Source of the DNA: a virus
DNA: 64,000 bases
Direction: 5' to 3' (one strand)
IMG/VR virus record: IMGVR_UViG_3300012920_000028
Location: 1-64,000 of that record
Under the pieces are notes generated by a model. It had not been told where the DNA came from and ran no database searches. It worked only from the letters and a program-made list of their open reading frames with translations. Of this stretch, positions 29,308 through 39,570 are shown in pieces. The translations under genes and the position numbers were made by a program. Position 1 is the stretch's first letter. Each line of letters starts with the position of its first letter.

Positions 29308-29729
29308 ACCCGAGGGTATGTTTCCATTCGACCTTAAGATGCTCGGTTGTACTCCGAAAGCCGCTTCTGCCCCTCGGGAATCAGACCCCAAGAGATGAGG
29401 TCAGTCTGCTTCGTCCCTTCGAGGGTCTTATCGAAAACCTCCAAAATGGAAAGGGACGTGTTGTTTTCAGCGAGGTATTCCGTGATGCCAGACATGTTGA
29501 TTCACCGGGATTCTCACCATGAGCGTCGGGCACATAACGGTTGCCTTGGTGGATGAAGGGCAAGGTCCAACGAGACATGTGTCCTGAAGGCAAAATCGGC
29601 AAAACGGCGACACCCTACGGTAGTGATGTAGATGACAAAACACCTGTGCAGGAAAAAGCGTGTCCGCTGCGACACGTTTTCTCTCCGAAAAGAGAAGTGA
29701 AGATGAAACGAAGACTGAATAATCGTCAA

Positions 29730-30062
29730 TCAGTCGGTGCATACCAGAAAATCAGGGGCCGGAAGGAATACCTGCACCCCTGAGTACGTTTCGTGCACAA
29801 TGGAAATCGTGTCCAGTTGGCCTTTCATGTAAATCATTTTCAGCAAGACTTCAGGGTGACCCATGACGCTAAGGTACTCGAAGCGGAACTTGTCCTCTTC
29901 CACTATGCGAAGTTCCTTCGCCACGAACGACGCCTCTTTCCTACCGGCAAGAGCAAGAGCGAGGTCACTTACCTCTCTGATTGCTTTTGCGATTGAAGAC
30001 TCCTCATCATCCTCAATGTCCCAAGAGGGAACGGAGTCGTCCCAATCTTCCAAGTCTTCCAT
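29730..30062 (-). CDS. Hypothetical protein
   Basis: GGTGGTGA RBS upstream. Confidence 0.55.
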   Translation of the reverse strand: MEDLEDWDDSVPSWDIEDDEESSIAKAIREVSDLALALAGRKEASFVAKELRIVEEDKFRFEYLSVMGHPEVLLKMIYMKGQLDTISIVHETYSGVQVFLPAPDFLVCTD

Positions 30063-30096
30063 GATGACTCTTCACCACCACGGCTCATAAATTGCG

Positions 30097-31095
30097 TCAC
30101 GCCGAGAAGATGTCGATAGGGTCACGTGAGCGACGGCGGTTGCCCGGGAGGCGCTTACGCGAGTTCCAGATGAGGTAGCCGAGAATAGCCGCCCCGGCCA
30201 CCATTCCTCCTCCTCCGATAGCCGCGCCACGCGCATAGCCCCTCCAGTTTGGTTCTCCTGCTTCTTGGATGAAGGAGTCCATGTTGGACGTGAGGTAGCC
30301 GCGCTGCCGACGGAGGGCGCTGATAGCCTCCCTGACCTGCATAGCGCGTCCACGGAGGCCGGGAGTGCTGTTCGTCCCATAGAGGAAGCCCCTGAGCGTC
30401 TCACGGTCCTGCGCGGTCGTGTCGCCGCTCAACTGTGCTTCAACCTCCGCGATTTGCTGGTTGTAGGCGTAAAGGGTCTTTTCGAGGGTCTCCAACGCTT
30501 CGGTGATTTCGGCGAGTTGTCGGAGGTCCTCCTTGTATTTCACCCCGAGAGCATCTTCGGAGAGCGACAGTTGTCCGGTTGATTCCCTAAAGGGCGGGAC
30601 ACGTGGACCGTGCTTGTTGAGGAAGCGGCGCTTGTATTCCTCGGCGTTGCCTCCTTTCTCAATGACTTCGATGTAGAGGTCCTTGTCGGTAGCATTCTCA
30701 GCCCCACCAGACCAAAGGTCAGACGTGTCGTTGAGTGGTGCTGCGTCCGTGGGCCACTTCAGCGAGGCTGGGACGTTGGTGATGTCGATGTTGCGCGACG
30801 CTTCAACACCTGTCTGGTAGGCTTGCATATCAACGGTCGAGTCAAACGAAATCGCACCGAAGCCAAAGAAGGGGTCTCGGCGACCCATCTTGTGCCTGAG
30901 CCATTCCAACTTGCGGGTAGCGTTCCCCATTTCTTCGAATCGTGCCTTCTGAAGCGACTCCGCCCTCATGTGCCGGAGGTAGGTAGGGGCACCATTGAGT
31001 GCGCCAATGTTGTTGCGAAGGTGAATCTGCTTTGCACGAGCCGCGTGAATGCGACCGATTTCGGCATTGAACTGTGCTGGCTTCATCACTTCCAC
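30097..31095 (-). CDS. Coiled-coil protein with C-terminal TM anchor (putative virion protein)
   Basis: GAAIGGGGMVAGAAILGYLIW followed by basic tail. Confidence 0.65.
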   Translation of the reverse strand: MEVMKPAQFNAEIGRIHAARAKQIHLRNNIGALNGAPTYLRHMRAESLQKARFEEMGNATRKLEWLRHKMGRRDPFFGFGAISFDSTVDMQAYQTGVEASRNIDITNVPASLKWPTDAAPLNDTSDLWSGGAENATDKDLYIEVIEKGGNAEEYKRRFLNKHGPRVPPFRESTGQLSLSEDALGVKYKEDLRQLAEITEALETLEKTLYAYNQQIAEVEAQLSGDTTAQDRETLRGFLYGTNSTPGLRGRAMQVREAISALRRQRGYLTSNMDSFIQEAGEPNWRGYARGAAIGGGGMVAGAAILGYLIWNSRKRLPGNRRRSRDPIDIFSA

Positions 31096-31096
31096 C

Positions 31097-31444
31097 TCAC
31101 ATCATGTTTGCTCGCGCGTTCTTGTTTCGAGTCATGTATGAAATCAGGAACATGAGAGCCACGGCGCCGACAGTGCCGCCTTGTTTGAGGATTTCTTTTC
31201 TGCCCGTTGCGACGTTGAAAACGAAGTAGGAAGAAAGACCCACTCCGCCGGCGAAGGTGCCGTAGTGAACATACGTCCCCAATTTCCGAAGTTGCGGGGA
31301 AAGGTTGCTCGCGAGGTTCACGGCCGCGGCGATGTTTTGTGCTTGTCCGAGTACCACCGGGTCTTCCTCCTGTTCTTCTTGGGCTGGTCCGTATGTGGTC
31401 TTCGTCACCTTTCGTTCTTTCAAGAGCCGTCCCTGCATTCCCAT
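31097..31444 (-). CDS. Small membrane protein
   Basis: Two TM segments. Confidence 0.6.
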   Translation of the reverse strand: MGMQGRLLKERKVTKTTYGPAQEEQEEDPVVLGQAQNIAAAVNLASNLSPQLRKLGTYVHYGTFAGGVGLSSYFVFNVATGRKEILKQGGTVGAVALMFLISYMTRNKNARANMM

Positions 31445-31698
31445 CACTTCTTCGTGAGCAGGTACACGGTCAGGCCGAATGCTGCCCACTGGCTCGCGTC
31501 CTTGAAGTCAAGGCTCAAAACACGCTTGAAGCCCTTCACGATTTGGTCTGAACCGGGCATGCCCATGGCGTAATAGGCTGCCAAGGCCGCCAGAAAGTTC
31601 TCTCCCGGCGTATTCGTGGTCAGGCCACCGAGGGGCTTTGATTGAAGCGAGCCGAGAGCGCGTGCGTGCTCGAAATGGACGTTCCGAACCCCGCTCAT
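31444..31698 (-). CDS. Small membrane protein
   Basis: Hydrophobic segments, KK terminus. Confidence 0.55.
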   Translation of the reverse strand: MSGVRNVHFEHARALGSLQSKPLGGLTTNTPGENFLAALAAYYAMGMPGSDQIVKGFKRVLSLDFKDASQWAAFGLTVYLLTKK

Positions 31699-31730
31699 GT
31701 TGTTCCCCCACGTGTTCGCTCGGATTAAGC

Positions 31731-34013
31731 CTACCGCTTCAACACCCAGTAAAGCATGGAACCGACGGCAAGCGTAGCCCCTGTTGCTTGGGGTAGCGTC
31801 ATGAGGCTATCTCCGGTCACCGGCTTGTAGGCCGAGGGGACCGGCCTGTAGTTCTCAATTGCTACCGATTGAGCCGAGAACAAGGGGCCTTTGCGTCCGT
31901 ACTTTCGACCTGAAACACCAACGGCTGCACGGGGTGAACGAATGACCTGTCGGGAAACCCACCGTTGGTGGCGCACAGGGTTTCCTTGGTCGTTGGTGCG
32001 AATATCGTGTCCAACGTCCATGCTCTTTGAGATGAACACTTGTGGGGGCATGTTCACGTAAGGACTCAGGAATCTTTGGTAGTACTGCCCGAGTTCTCCG
32101 CTTGCATTCGGGACTGTCCTCACCGGGTGAGCGACATACATGAACTGAGGGTAGCCTTCAGTCGGAGGGTGTTCCCTGAAAGGACTGTTCTTCGCCTTGC
32201 CTGTTTCGTCAAACGCTTGGAGGCCGAACTGTGGAATATCCAATACCGGTGCTTCGTCCCCAAGGTAGTTCATTGACTTCAGATAGCCAATGATTGAATC
32301 CACGTGGGCGAGTGTCTCGACGGATTCCTCATGGATGACGACCTTCGATACCTTCGGAGCACGATTGGCGAGCGTGAGAAGCGAGGTGTCCGCCATGCTC
32401 GTCCAGTTGCTACCGCTCACGAAGTCCGTGTAGGAACTACCCTCAACCCATCGCTCAGACATAAGGTAGGCCGCTTCAACGATGAGGGTCGCGTGGCGCC
32501 TTGCGAGTCCCCTGTCTCCGAGAAGGAAGCCGCTGAGATTGTTGTTGGCGTAGTGAGACAACTCTCCCGTCCTTGAGCGAGCGAGGAATGCCGTTTGAGG
32601 CCACGACCTGTAGGCACCTGAAGAAACAAGCCCGCTATCACTTGCTGCGACACCTGTCCAAATGTCCGCCAATCGCTCAGGCATTTCCTTGAGGAACTTT
32701 GCGGCGGCGTCATAGAACGACTTGTCGATACCCACCACCTGAACACGATGCAACTTCGTTCCGCCCATGTCGGGGTCATACGCTTGAGGTGGGTAGTCCC
32801 CCCTGAAGTCCATGTCGCCTTCCCAATCCCATTCCGTGCTGACGCGAACGGTGTAGTAGTACTGCGTCGGAGGGGCGTAGACCGGCTCCGGGGCGTCGGG
32901 GGTCACGGTGGCTCTTGCGGCTACGGGAGCACGAGGTGCAGGGGCGGGGGGAGGGGGCACGAAGGGGCGCTCACCTCCACGAAGGATGAGGGCAGGGAAG
33001 AGGTCTTGGAGAACAACTTGAGCGGTGAGCGGCTCGCTCTCCTTGCCCGAAGCAAGGAACGGCTGCCCGATGCTCGTCATGGCCGAGTTGGCGAGGTTCG
33101 CTTGAGCGAGGTAAAACGTGTGGTAGGCATCGGTAGGGCGGTAGTGGTAGCAGAACGCCTTGTTCATGGCGTCAAAGGTGGTTGGGGTTCCGTCCCAGTA
33201 GCACGCGAGATGGTAATTGAACCAAGCGTCCATGGAAACATAGACGGTGATTCCTGAACGCTCAACGTACACAGCATTCCCGAGCATTCGCCTAAGCGTG
33301 TTCATGTTTTGGGGGACGATGTTCGACGGGACCAAGTTCTCCCCTGACTTCTGGATAACGAATGCCGAGTTCTTGAGGTACTCCAGTTCTGTGTCCTTGG
33401 AGATTTCCTCGTACATCTTCTCGACTTCTCGCGTAATGGTGTCGAAACGCTCCCCGAGGGGGACCATTTCACTCGTTCCCCAGTTGCGAGGGTCGGGGTG
33501 AGGTGCGTTGATTTTCAGTCTCGCTTCAGGGTGAAGGACGTTCACGATGTCAATTTCCTTTCGCATGTTGGAAATCTGCGTGTCCATGGGAACCTCAAGT
33601 CGAAGGAGGGAATACAGATTGTACCACAGGCGGGTGAACATGGATTGCATGAACGCCGTCTTCTTGGGCTTGTACTCGGAGAGGAGTTCGATGAACGCCC
33701 CCTTGAGTTCTTCGGGCCATTCGAGCACCGTTCCTGTAGCGGCGGTAAGCGCCGTGAGGTTGTCGGTGGCGGAGGGGCTCTCCACTTGGAGCCTCTCACA
33801 CAATGCTTCGACGAAGTTTTCCTTCCCGACGTGAGAAAGGAAAGCGGGGAGGAAGTTTGGACCGACTTCTTGTCCATTGAAGGTTCCTTGGAGGGCGAGA
33901 ACGACGTTGTCCTTCGCCCTTTCCAAGTCCGCAAGTGCGCTCTTTGATTTCTCAAATGCCTTCGTGTACTCACGCTGAGACGCCGTAGGGTTCCGCTTGG
34001 GGAATCCCTGCAT
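31731..34013 (-). CDS. Large hypothetical protein (760 aa) with Pro-rich linker and C-terminal TM
   Basis: Long ORF; N-terminal KRNP; terminal hydrophobic helix plus KR. Confidence 0.75.
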   Translation of the reverse strand: MQGFPKRNPTASQREYTKAFEKSKSALADLERAKDNVVLALQGTFNGQEVGPNFLPAFLSHVGKENFVEALCERLQVESPSATDNLTALTAATGTVLEWPEELKGAFIELLSEYKPKKTAFMQSMFTRLWYNLYSLLRLEVPMDTQISNMRKEIDIVNVLHPEARLKINAPHPDPRNWGTSEMVPLGERFDTITREVEKMYEEISKDTELEYLKNSAFVIQKSGENLVPSNIVPQNMNTLRRMLGNAVYVERSGITVYVSMDAWFNYHLACYWDGTPTTFDAMNKAFCYHYRPTDAYHTFYLAQANLANSAMTSIGQPFLASGKESEPLTAQVVLQDLFPALILRGGERPFVPPPPAPAPRAPVAARATVTPDAPEPVYAPPTQYYYTVRVSTEWDWEGDMDFRGDYPPQAYDPDMGGTKLHRVQVVGIDKSFYDAAAKFLKEMPERLADIWTGVAASDSGLVSSGAYRSWPQTAFLARSRTGELSHYANNNLSGFLLGDRGLARRHATLIVEAAYLMSERWVEGSSYTDFVSGSNWTSMADTSLLTLANRAPKVSKVVIHEESVETLAHVDSIIGYLKSMNYLGDEAPVLDIPQFGLQAFDETGKAKNSPFREHPPTEGYPQFMYVAHPVRTVPNASGELGQYYQRFLSPYVNMPPQVFISKSMDVGHDIRTNDQGNPVRHQRWVSRQVIRSPRAAVGVSGRKYGRKGPLFSAQSVAIENYRPVPSAYKPVTGDSLMTLPQATGATLAVGSMLYWVLKR

Positions 34014-34022
34014 CTAATCCCC

Positions 34023-34751
34023 TCAGAAGCCACCTTGCATGCCGGGTTGCGTCATCCCTTGCTGCATGGGTGCTTGCTGGGCAGGTGGAAGTCCGAGAGA
34101 ACCACGGATGAGGGAGGCGCCGAAGCCGCCAAGGGTCGCGCCCATTCCGGGTCGCTGAGGCTGGCCCATCATCTGCTGCTGCATCATCTGCTGCTGCATC
34201 ATCTGTTGCTGCTGCATTTGGTTCATCATCATGTTCTGCTGGTGACCACCCATCATTTGCATTGCGTTCATGTCGGCCTGAGAGACCTGCATCTGCATTT
34301 GCTGAAGGGGAATGACCTTCGAAATCTGCATGTCGATGTTCTCCTGCGTAATTGAAGCGTAATCCCCGGCTTCCGCATTGACCGAGTATGCTCCACCACG
34401 CTCCGTAGCGGAAACAAGGGCTCCGCTCTTGAAGAAGGCATACAACTCCTTCTTCACGATGAGAGAGAGCAGGTTCGCGAACTCGGTCATGAACTGAGGG
34501 TATGAGAGCATGAAGAGCGCGACCTGATTCGGATGCGCGGCCATGAGCCTGTAAAGGAGCGCGACTTGGTCCTCGTTGTTCATGCCGTTCGTCATGGCGT
34601 CAATCTGTCCCATGGCGGCTTGACCTGCCATAGCCGAAAGACCGGAGGTCTGTGCGGCGTTCGCTACATTTCCGAGCATCTGCTGTTGCCCGTTGGAGAG
34701 CCCATTCGGCATGAGCGACTGTTGACTTTGATTGTTCCCGAAAAGACCCAT
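34023..34751 (-). CDS. Gln/Met-rich low-complexity protein
   Basis: QQQMM repeats near C-terminus; MGLFG start. Confidence 0.75.
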   Translation of the reverse strand: MGLFGNNQSQQSLMPNGLSNGQQQMLGNVANAAQTSGLSAMAGQAAMGQIDAMTNGMNNEDQVALLYRLMAAHPNQVALFMLSYPQFMTEFANLLSLIVKKELYAFFKSGALVSATERGGAYSVNAEAGDYASITQENIDMQISKVIPLQQMQMQVSQADMNAMQMMGGHQQNMMMNQMQQQQMMQQQMMQQQMMGQPQRPGMGATLGGFGASLIRGSLGLPPAQQAPMQQGMTQPGMQGGF

Positions 34752-34800
34752 CTTCAGAACCCCCTATTCGACCCACGTTCACCTTCGTCTTGAACATTCC

Positions 34801-35583
34801 TCATTGGTACGCCTCCTTCATCGCGTCGCTAAAGGCTTCATCAAACATCTTCTCCTCAACTTGTTCTCGGGCATAGAACTCAGCGATTGTTTCCGGATGA
34901 CCGTAAGGCGTGCCGTCGGTCGCCATGCCCTTGATGTAGTCGTCATAGAAGGTGATTTGTGTTCCACGGTTGCGCCCGAAGGAATCAACGAGCCGGGTCA
35001 CGGGGATTCCATCCTTGATGGCCTCAAGTACTGCCTCTTCGTACTTCGCCTCAAGCGGAGTCTTCGGCTTGGCGGGTGGCTTCTTGATGGGAATGAACGA
35101 AACACCTTTCTTCTTCATCTGCCGGAAGAAGCCACGTTCGTTCTCACGCTCCTCTTGCTCCATCCACTCCATGAGCAACTTGTAGAGTTGCAAGGCTTGA
35201 GGGCAGTAGGTTCCAGTCATCATGCGTCCCTTCCCGGGGAGAACACCTGTCCAAGGGGTGAAATGAATGCGTTGCTTGGTGACGGGGTCAATGAGGAACT
35301 CTTGGCGTAGGTCGCCATAGTCCTGATTCGTGCAATCCACGCCCGTCACGACACACTGTTGAGGGCGGCTGTTGAACTTGTAGCCAAAGACCCCAGTCCA
35401 CCTCTTAACGGGCTTCAGCGTCTTTCGCGCAAGACGGATGTTCTCCCTGCGCGCACGCACGGGGTCAGGATGCCTGCTGAAATGGAAATCAATGACCGGA
35501 GTCACCGCATCCCAATCCATGCCTCTATTTTGCGGCATGTTGCCGACCAGTTGCTTCATTCGTTCTTCTTGGTAGTTGCTCAT
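34801..35583 (-). CDS. Hypothetical protein coupled to the GTPase
   Basis: ATGA overlap with the GTPase gene. Confidence 0.7.
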   Translation of the reverse strand: MSNYQEERMKQLVGNMPQNRGMDWDAVTPVIDFHFSRHPDPVRARRENIRLARKTLKPVKRWTGVFGYKFNSRPQQCVVTGVDCTNQDYGDLRQEFLIDPVTKQRIHFTPWTGVLPGKGRMMTGTYCPQALQLYKLLMEWMEQEERENERGFFRQMKKKGVSFIPIKKPPAKPKTPLEAKYEEAVLEAIKDGIPVTRLVDSFGRNRGTQITFYDDYIKGMATDGTPYGHPETIAEFYAREQVEEKMFDEAFSDAMKEAYQ

Positions 35584-36314
35584 AGGTCACTCATCCCTTT
35601 CATGATGGCTTCTTCCACGTTCCAACCGACCGTCGCCGACACCGCGTCCACACGTGTTGGAATTCGCATTTCCTGCAACTGGTAAAGGTGTTCCCGAAAA
35701 GGAAGGAAGATTGGATGTTCGGAAATGAGGCCGCGCTCCCATTGAGAATAGCCCTCCTCGTCAAGCCAAGTATCAGCCTTGTTCGCAAGGACGATGATTC
35801 GATTTGGGCGCCACTTCCTTGCCTTGAAACGGTTGATGAGACCGAGACCTCGCGGCCGCTTCCCCGACGCCAGTGATTCGACGATGTAGCCGAAAGCCAA
35901 TTGGTTCGACGTATCGTTGGGGTCGAGGAGGTGGCGATGGTCTATCATCACAATGAGGGTCCTAATCCGACGCTGGTACATGTCCCTCAACCACATGGGA
36001 AAGTACTCTTGGTGACCGCCGATGTCGCGAGAAATGACCGTCTTCTGAAGACCGTCCGAGCGCACGCGGTGAATGTGCCGCTCCGGCATTTGGTGGTGCT
36101 TTGAGAGGAACTTCTTCTTGTGGTGGGTTCGCTCGTTTTCGCCAAGAGGGCGAATCTTCCCCTCGGTCATCAATTGACGGTCAAGGGTTGACTTCCCGGT
36201 TTCGCTGAATCCATACACCCCAACATTGTGCGTCACGTACGCCCCAGCGGCGTCGAAGAATCGCCAAAAGCCGTGTGCGACGACAATGGCAGTCGTGGCG
36301 AGAGGGTCAACCAT
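35580..36314 (-). CDS. Small Ras-superfamily-like GTPase
   Basis: G1 GFSETGKST, G3 DIGG, G4 NKAD, G5 SAT. Confidence 0.85.
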   Translation of the reverse strand: MVDPLATTAIVVAHGFWRFFDAAGAYVTHNVGVYGFSETGKSTLDRQLMTEGKIRPLGENERTHHKKKFLSKHHQMPERHIHRVRSDGLQKTVISRDIGGHQEYFPMWLRDMYQRRIRTLIVMIDHRHLLDPNDTSNQLAFGYIVESLASGKRPRGLGLINRFKARKWRPNRIIVLANKADTWLDEEGYSQWERGLISEHPIFLPFREHLYQLQEMRIPTRVDAVSATVGWNVEEAIMKGMSDL

Positions 36315-36318
36315 TACA

Positions 36319-36537
36319 TCACCCGAGAATCCAACCGATGATACCTGCGCTATCGGTGGTCTTCATGATGACGTAGTCGGTCACGGCCGTGACCAAGACT
36401 CCGACACCTGTCGAAATGGCTCCCCAAAACATGTATTTGATTCGGATATACCGCATCGCCCAAGTCTGACCAAGGTGGGTCGTTTTCATCAACGATTCCA
36501 TTTGAGCGTCTTGCTCGTCATTGAAGATGATGCCCAT
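36319..36537 (-). CDS. Small membrane protein
   Basis: C-terminal hydrophobic segments. Confidence 0.6.
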   Translation of the reverse strand: MGIIFNDEQDAQMESLMKTTHLGQTWAMRYIRIKYMFWGAISTGVGVLVTAVTDYVIMKTTDSAGIIGWILG

Positions 36538-36621
36538 TCTCTCACCTATGTTGGAAGCAAGCCTCACCTTCGGTCGTCTTCCTCTTGCATGGTTCGCCCT
36601 TGGCCGTCATGGCCCCACATC

Positions 36622-37353
36622 TCACGCTTCGGTTTCGACTCCTTCCGGGGTCAAATCGAGCGAGTTCCTCTCGGATGAGTTGTCGGATTGAGGCTTCGTT
36701 GGGATGGGCTGGTTGAGGGTCAACTTCGGACCCACGGGGATGCCCATGACGCGGTGTCGGTCGATTCCGAAGGCCTCGGGAGTCAGGGCTTTCGTTCCCG
36801 AGGGTTGTAGTCCCTGTTGAGGCATCACTTGCTGCGCTCCCTGAAGAGCCGTCAATTGGCTCAAGGCTGCTTGGATGCCCTGCAGGTTTCCCGCAAGTGC
36901 CTGAGACTCATCGGGGCTGATGACCCCGTCCGCCATCGCCGCTCCAAGGTTGCTCTTGTAAAGCATCATTTGCTGCTGAAGAACCGCTTCCAATTGAGAC
37001 TTTTCTTGTTCAAACTTGAGCGCGGCCATCCTCCGCCTGTTTGCGTTTCGCATCCGCTTCAGTTGACGACGGTGCTGGTTCGAATCCTCGAAGGCCGCCC
37101 GATAGATGAAATAGAACGCCGCCTGCACCGAAAAGCCCGCGAAGCCATAGAAAATGGCGCTCTCATAGGCCGTGTTGAAGTGGCTCCACGTCCAATTCAC
37201 ATAGAGCAGAATACAGAAGGCGAGCAAGACGGACTGAAACAGCATCGTGCCCAGCAGACGCAGTTCGCTTTCGCGCAACTGGTCCCTGTATTCCTGTTCT
37301 TCTTCGTTCGTTTCACCCATCAGGGTATTCAGCAGGGGATTGCTCCCAATCAT
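36622..37353 (-). CDS. Membrane protein (2 TM) with coiled coil
   Basis: ATG at 37353; two TM helices then a Q-rich coil. Confidence 0.7.
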   Translation of the reverse strand: MIGSNPLLNTLMGETNEEEQEYRDQLRESELRLLGTMLFQSVLLAFCILLYVNWTWSHFNTAYESAIFYGFAGFSVQAAFYFIYRAAFEDSNQHRRQLKRMRNANRRRMAALKFEQEKSQLEAVLQQQMMLYKSNLGAAMADGVISPDESQALAGNLQGIQAALSQLTALQGAQQVMPQQGLQPSGTKALTPEAFGIDRHRVMGIPVGPKLTLNQPIPTKPQSDNSSERNSLDLTPEGVETEA

Positions 37354-37354
37354 T

Positions 37355-37525
37355 TCAGGTCCGACAACCAATTTTCGCCACCTCCAGTAGTCCAAGTATT
37401 TCGACGCGGTCGGCGGGTTCCTTCGTGAAAAGTTCCACGCCTTCCGGGCCTTCGACAATGAGCAAGAACCTCACCCCTGCTTCACGCAGGGCGATGATTC
37501 CTTCTTGAGCCTTCTCGATGTCCAT
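37355..37525 (-). CDS. Small hypothetical protein
   Basis: Fills the gap between the thermosome and membrane-protein genes. Confidence 0.45.
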   Translation of the reverse strand: MDIEKAQEGIIALREAGVRFLLIVEGPEGVELFTKEPADRVEILGLLEVAKIGCRT

Positions 37526-37529
37526 TTCA

Positions 37530-39068
37530 TCACTCCCCGAACTCGTCAGGCTCCTTCGCAATGATGATGTTGTCGATGCGCAGGAGGAGCGAAGCCGTCG
37601 CTGTTGCGCTCTCAAGCGCGCTCTTCACCACCTTGAGGGGTTCAACCACGTTCTCTTCCGCCATATCCACCACGCCGCCGGTATAGACGTTCAAACCGGC
37701 ATTCTTTGCGCCTTCCGCGTGAGCCTTCCTCAGTTCACGGAGCGTCGCAATTGGCTGAAGTTGTCCACTGTTCTCAGCGAGGGTGAGCGGAATGATTTCG
37801 AGAGCGTCAGCAAAAGCCTCGACCGCGAGGGATTCAAGGCCGCCCACGCTCGCGGCGTAGGTCCGGAGGTGTTGAGCCATTTCGACTTGAGAAGCACCGC
37901 CCCCGGCGAGAACCTTCCCCTCCTTTCGAGCGACGTGCACCACGCCGATAGCGTCGTCCATGGCGCGGCTGATTTCCTCGGCAGTCTGCTGGGTAGGGGC
38001 ACTGACGACGAGAGAAACCGCATTGGCGTTAGGGGTGTCCTTGAGAATGAAGAAGCCACGCTGACCTGCGCTGGCACTCACTTCCTCAATGCTTCCACAC
38101 GTGCCGAGGTCTTCGACCTCAAGGTCTTCGAGACCGGAAACGATGAGAGCACCCGTAGCGTCGGCCACAGCCTCAAGATTGGAAGCAGCGCAGCGACGGC
38201 ACGCAATGATGCCGTGGCGCGCGAACAGTTCCGCAAGGGCTGGGTTGATGTCCTTTGACGCAAGAACCACGCTTGCTCCGAGGCCGAGAATGTGGTCGGC
38301 CATTCCCTGCAAGAGATTGCGCTGGTTCGCACGGAAGGCCTCAGCGTCCTGCGCCGTGTTGAATTGAAGGTTCGTTCCCTTCGCCATTGCCGGAAGGTCG
38401 AGAGCACCGTCCACGAGCGCGATGGAGGCATTCTCAATGTCCGAAGGCATGGCGTTGTGCATCTTCACCTGACCGATGACAATTCCGTTCGGAGCGTAAG
38501 AGTCCGTGACGGGTGAACCGTAGCGAGGAATGATGTTGATTGAGCCCGGGGAAGCATTCTCCGTCGCCTCCACGCACAGGACTGCGAGATGGTCTTTCGA
38601 CTCCTCAGCAGACTTCCCCGTCATGGCGGTCTTCGCCACTTCGAGAAGGTAGTCTTCCGCAGGAAGGGTGAGCGTTTCGGCAACCTCCTGACACTTCTTC
38701 AAGGCCAGATGGTAGCCGCGAACAATGGTCGTCGGGTGGACCTTCTTCGCGATGAGGTCCTCCGCTTGCTTCAGGAGTTCACCTGTGATGACGATTGCTG
38801 ACGTCGTTCCGTCGTAGCACTCCTCTTCCTGCGTGCGCGCGACCTCGACCATCATGTGTGCCGTGGCGTGGGTGAAATTGGTTTCCTTGAGAATGGTGGC
38901 CCCGTCGTTCGTCACTACCGTACGACCGCTCCGGTCAACGAGCATCTTGTCCATTCCCATAGGGCCGAGGGTCGAACGGACCAATTCGGCGACAAACTTG
39001 CCGATTCCGATGTTGACCTCTTGGGCCGTCTGCGTCTTCTGCTGCTTGGCGTCTGTGGCTTGACTCAT
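37530..39068 (-). CDS. ths: Group II chaperonin (thermosome)
   Basis: STLGPMGMDKM, VTNDGATIL, DGTTS, HPT.I..GY, GGG..., EP..V...A..SA. Confidence 0.95.
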   Translation of the reverse strand: MSQATDAKQQKTQTAQEVNIGIGKFVAELVRSTLGPMGMDKMLVDRSGRTVVTNDGATILKETNFTHATAHMMVEVARTQEEECYDGTTSAIVITGELLKQAEDLIAKKVHPTTIVRGYHLALKKCQEVAETLTLPAEDYLLEVAKTAMTGKSAEESKDHLAVLCVEATENASPGSINIIPRYGSPVTDSYAPNGIVIGQVKMHNAMPSDIENASIALVDGALDLPAMAKGTNLQFNTAQDAEAFRANQRNLLQGMADHILGLGASVVLASKDINPALAELFARHGIIACRRCAASNLEAVADATGALIVSGLEDLEVEDLGTCGSIEEVSASAGQRGFFILKDTPNANAVSLVVSAPTQQTAEEISRAMDDAIGVVHVARKEGKVLAGGGASQVEMAQHLRTYAASVGGLESLAVEAFADALEIIPLTLAENSGQLQPIATLRELRKAHAEGAKNAGLNVYTGGVVDMAEENVVEPLKVVKSALESATATASLLLRIDNIIIAKEPDEFGE

Positions 39069-39114
39069 GTCTCTCAGAAGGGTCCCCTATGCGAAGTGGG
39101 GATAAAAGGCACGG

Positions 39115-39570
39115 TCAAACGGCAATCCAATGAACCGTCAAAGAACCGGAAGCAGCGCACAAGAAAATACTGGAGCCGCGAGTGATTTCGAGGGTGAGGG
39201 AACTGCCAGCAACGAGGGGGAAACCTACGGTCGTGCTCGTCTGAGCATTCCCTACACGGACGGCGGCACCGTTGCCCGAGTCAGCAAAAAGGGTGATGCT
39301 ACGCTGGGCCACGATGGGGACGATTGGATTATTGGTGCCGCCGGCGAATGCGTCGGAATAGAGGTCGTCAAGGTTCTTCGTCGAGGTGCCTACGGTCAAT
39401 GAGACGAAGCCGTATTCGGTGGTTCCCACCCTAAAGGTCGGGAAGGACTCCACCCCGGAGTCGACAGTTTGCATCTTCGCGAGGTTGGTGTCGGAATCAA
39501 CAATGCCCTTGACGGGGAAAGTCGGGGCGCCGATACCGGGAGCCCGAATGTTCAATGAGTCATCGGCCAT
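39115..39570 (-). CDS. Beta-rich putative structural protein
   Basis: Gly/Thr/Ser-rich; GFPL.AG..L.L pattern. Confidence 0.5.
   Translation of the reverse strand: MADDSLNIRAPGIGAPTFPVKGIVDSDTNLAKMQTVDSGVESFPTFRVGTTEYGFVSLTVGTSTKNLDDLYSDAFAGGTNNPIVPIVAQRSITLFADSGNGAAVRVGNAQTSTTVGFPLVAGSSLTLEITRGSSIFLCAASGSLTVHWIAV

Noticed and set aside
37354-37458. RRNPP motif in the N-terminal extension of ORF 36622-37458 as another NP site
   Set aside because: The extension overlaps a likelier gene (37355-37525); the true start is probably 37353
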